Origin: a virus
Lineage: Duplodnaviria; Heunggongvirae; Uroviricota; Caudoviricetes
Reading direction: 5' to 3' (one strand)
DNA length: 64,000 nt
IMG/VR virus record: IMGVR_UViG_3300047393_000100
Under the pieces are notes generated by a model. That model did no database searches. It had not been told where the DNA came from and saw only the letters and a program-made list of their open reading frames with translations. The position numbers and the translations under genes were made by a program. Shown here piece after piece: positions 63,872-64,000 of this stretch. The number at the start of each line of letters is the position of its first letter. The stretch's first letter is position 1.

Positions 63872-64000
63872 CAAAAATGGGGATGATAGTTTATACAGTA
63901 CGGCAATTCTGTATATGAGTTCATAGCCATACTACGAAAATGGTTCTGTTGCCGCAGGAAAGAAGTAGTAGTTTTGTTCTTAGTGGAATGGAGACCACGC

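Overview
This AT-rich 64 kb window is part of a T4-related jumbo myophage genome, and almost everything in it is on the + strand. It carries the replication core (DNA polymerase B split into two genes, nrdAB, clamp, clamp loader, UvsX, helicase, gp46/47, RNase H) and the morphogenesis core (portal, protease-scaffold, major capsid protein, terminase, neck, sheath, tube, tape measure). It also has an accessory region and a dense tRNA/ncRNA array from about 60.2 kb to the end. A Bacteroidota (probably Flavobacteriia) host is inferred from TAnnTTTG-type promoters, A-rich leaders without Shine-Dalgarno sequences, and tRNAs lacking encoded CCA. The leading candidate for an undescribed system is a DUF2828 (TROVE-like plus vWA, Ro60-like) protein followed by a separately transcribed noncoding unit. 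That unit has the signature [short terminal helix]-NN-ACAGCAA, which recurs about 55 kb away on a circularly permuted tRNA-like (YrlA-architecture) RNA and on small hairpins in the tRNA array. The window also encodes an RNA ligase, a PNK-type phosphatase and several remodelled or degenerate tRNAs. Other notable signals are a three-tier promoter cascade possibly run by a phage ECF sigma, a family of proteins with T4-like capsid-targeting peptides (including an ATP-grasp enzyme), a putative DNA-glycosylation cluster, a metallophosphoesterase lacking its metal ligands, and a methyltransferase broken by one TAG. All family assignments come from motif recognition by eye; no searches or RNA folding were run.
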